A stretch of DNA of 62,019 nt, the filler included, from a candidate division TA06 bacterium SM23_40 (lineage in GTDB: Bacteria; LJUI01; SM1-40): NCBI GenBank assembly GCA_001303705.1. It is 3 parts of 3 records of this genome, joined end to end, with 100 filler letters (N's around TTAATTAATTAA, not from the genome) between each part and the next. Parts side by side here need not be neighbours in the genome. Positions count along the whole stretch, not along the records: positions 44,917 to 62,019 come from LJUI01000045.1; 2 more parts are not named here. One strand, given 5' to 3'. The translations under genes and the position numbers were made by a program. The stretch's first letter is position 1, and every line of letters begins with the position of its first letter. Shown in pieces: positions 61,163 through 62,019 of the stretch. The notes below the pieces were generated by a model. That model saw only the letters and a program-made list of their open reading frames with translations. It searched no databases and had not been told where the DNA came from.

Positions 61163-62019
61163 TCACTCGACGATGTCGAAGCTGAAGCCGTTCCAGTCGA
61201 GGATGTCGCTGGTGCCGGGCTCACCCAGATATCCCGTGTAGTAGTAGGTGCCGAGCGGCGCGGCTCCCGGCACCGTGTGTGACACGTCGCGCACGATCAC
61301 CCCGTAAGGGCCGATGGTAGGAGTCTTGGGTCCAGCGACAGGATTTCCCCCATACGGATTGCCATTCGGCAGTATGACTTCGGTCCAGGCCTCGATGGTC
61401 TGTGGGATCGCCGTGTTGTTGCGCAGATGTGCGATCAGCTGCAGGTTTTCTCCGTGGTGCAGGACGGTGGCCAGGGGCACGAGCTCGATCGTCACGTCCG
61501 GCATCACGCTCAGCAGTGCCCAGTGCTTATACTCGTCGTCCCAGCTGGAAGCTGATGCTCCGACAGGACAGACCGTATGGGCTGGCGCCCATAGAGGTAT
61601 ATGGACCTCGGTCATGGCAAAGAAGCTCTCACCCGGGTACAGCAGCACGCCGTAGCTCTGCGTGCCCATCGGCCATCCGAGATCGTTCCAGAGAAAGATG
61701 TCGAAGAACGATTCGACAACTCCAGTGTTGACTATCTCGAACTCGAGGGGAGCCCATTCGCCCGGCATCCCTTCAGGATCCTCGTTGACGAATATCCCGA
61801 CCGTCGCTGGCTGGATACCGAACATGTTGTAGATCAGTCCCTCACCGGGGAAGATGGGCACCGTGTCCGGCCAGAGTATCCCGTGGCTGAGCATCGGCAC
61901 GGGGCTCATGGGATGGTTGAGGATCCGGGCCTGGGCAGCCCCGGAGTCATAGTCGGCGGCAAACCAGCTTACCAGTCCGGGTGGCTCCGGACTCTGCCCC
62001 CAGGCGCGCGCCACAGGAG
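61163..62019 (-). CDS. Paralogue of 59285-60664, 5'-truncated by window end
   Basis: PVARAWGQSPEPPGLVSWFAADYD vs PVAQACGEWEEPPGLTSWFVADYD; colinear to the stop codon. Confidence 0.8.
   Translation of the reverse strand, partial: PVARAWGQSPEPPGLVSWFAADYDSGAAQARILNHPMSPVPMLSHGILWPDTVPIFPGEGLIYNMFGIQPATVGIFVNEDPEGMPGEWAPLEFEIVNTGVVESFFDIFLWNDLGWPMGTQSYGVLLYPGESFFAMTEVHIPLWAPAHTVCPVGASASSWDDEYKHWALLSVMPDVTIELVPLATVLHHGENLQLIAHLRNNTAIPQTIEAWTEVILPNGNPYGGNPVAGPKTPTIGPYGVIVRDVSHTVPGAAPLGTYYYTGYLGEPGTSDILDWNGFSFDIVE

Overview
This is GC-rich bacterial DNA from a diderm organism (SurA, TolC, EnvC); an FCB-related or other candidate-phylum metagenome bin is my inference only. It consists of three contigs joined by N-runs with a TTAATTAATTAA linker (18751-18850, 44817-44916). 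Contig 1 has the 3' end of a beta-helix protein and a housekeeping run: mfd (5' frameshift), three parvulin/SurA foldases, RqcP-like S4 protein, split transketolase, ftsEX-envC, holB-ricT-metG-tatD-rsmA. Contig 2 is accessory: WXXGXW-repeat protein, TolC-MacA-MacB, secreted class II amidotransferase-like enzyme, C1A protease, CPBP protease fusion, YCF48/BNR proteins, pentapeptide-repeat K+ channel, WbqC, PDZ-repeat protein, ferredoxin-like protein and a flippase. Contig 3 has a CCG-domain tail, bshB1, a UroD/MtaA-like gene coupled to nadA, an all-GH57 glycogen operon and two FecR-like secreted paralogues. Two signals stand out. (i) Five unrelated, degenerate but phased intergenic tandem arrays (15, 19, 63, 22 and 19 bp), three with a 3-unit higher-order period and one made of hairpins. 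(ii) A shared ~110-aa C-terminal domain on five mostly unrelated exported proteins, a candidate lineage-specific sorting or anchoring signal. I found no CRISPR, tRNA, rRNA or mobile element.
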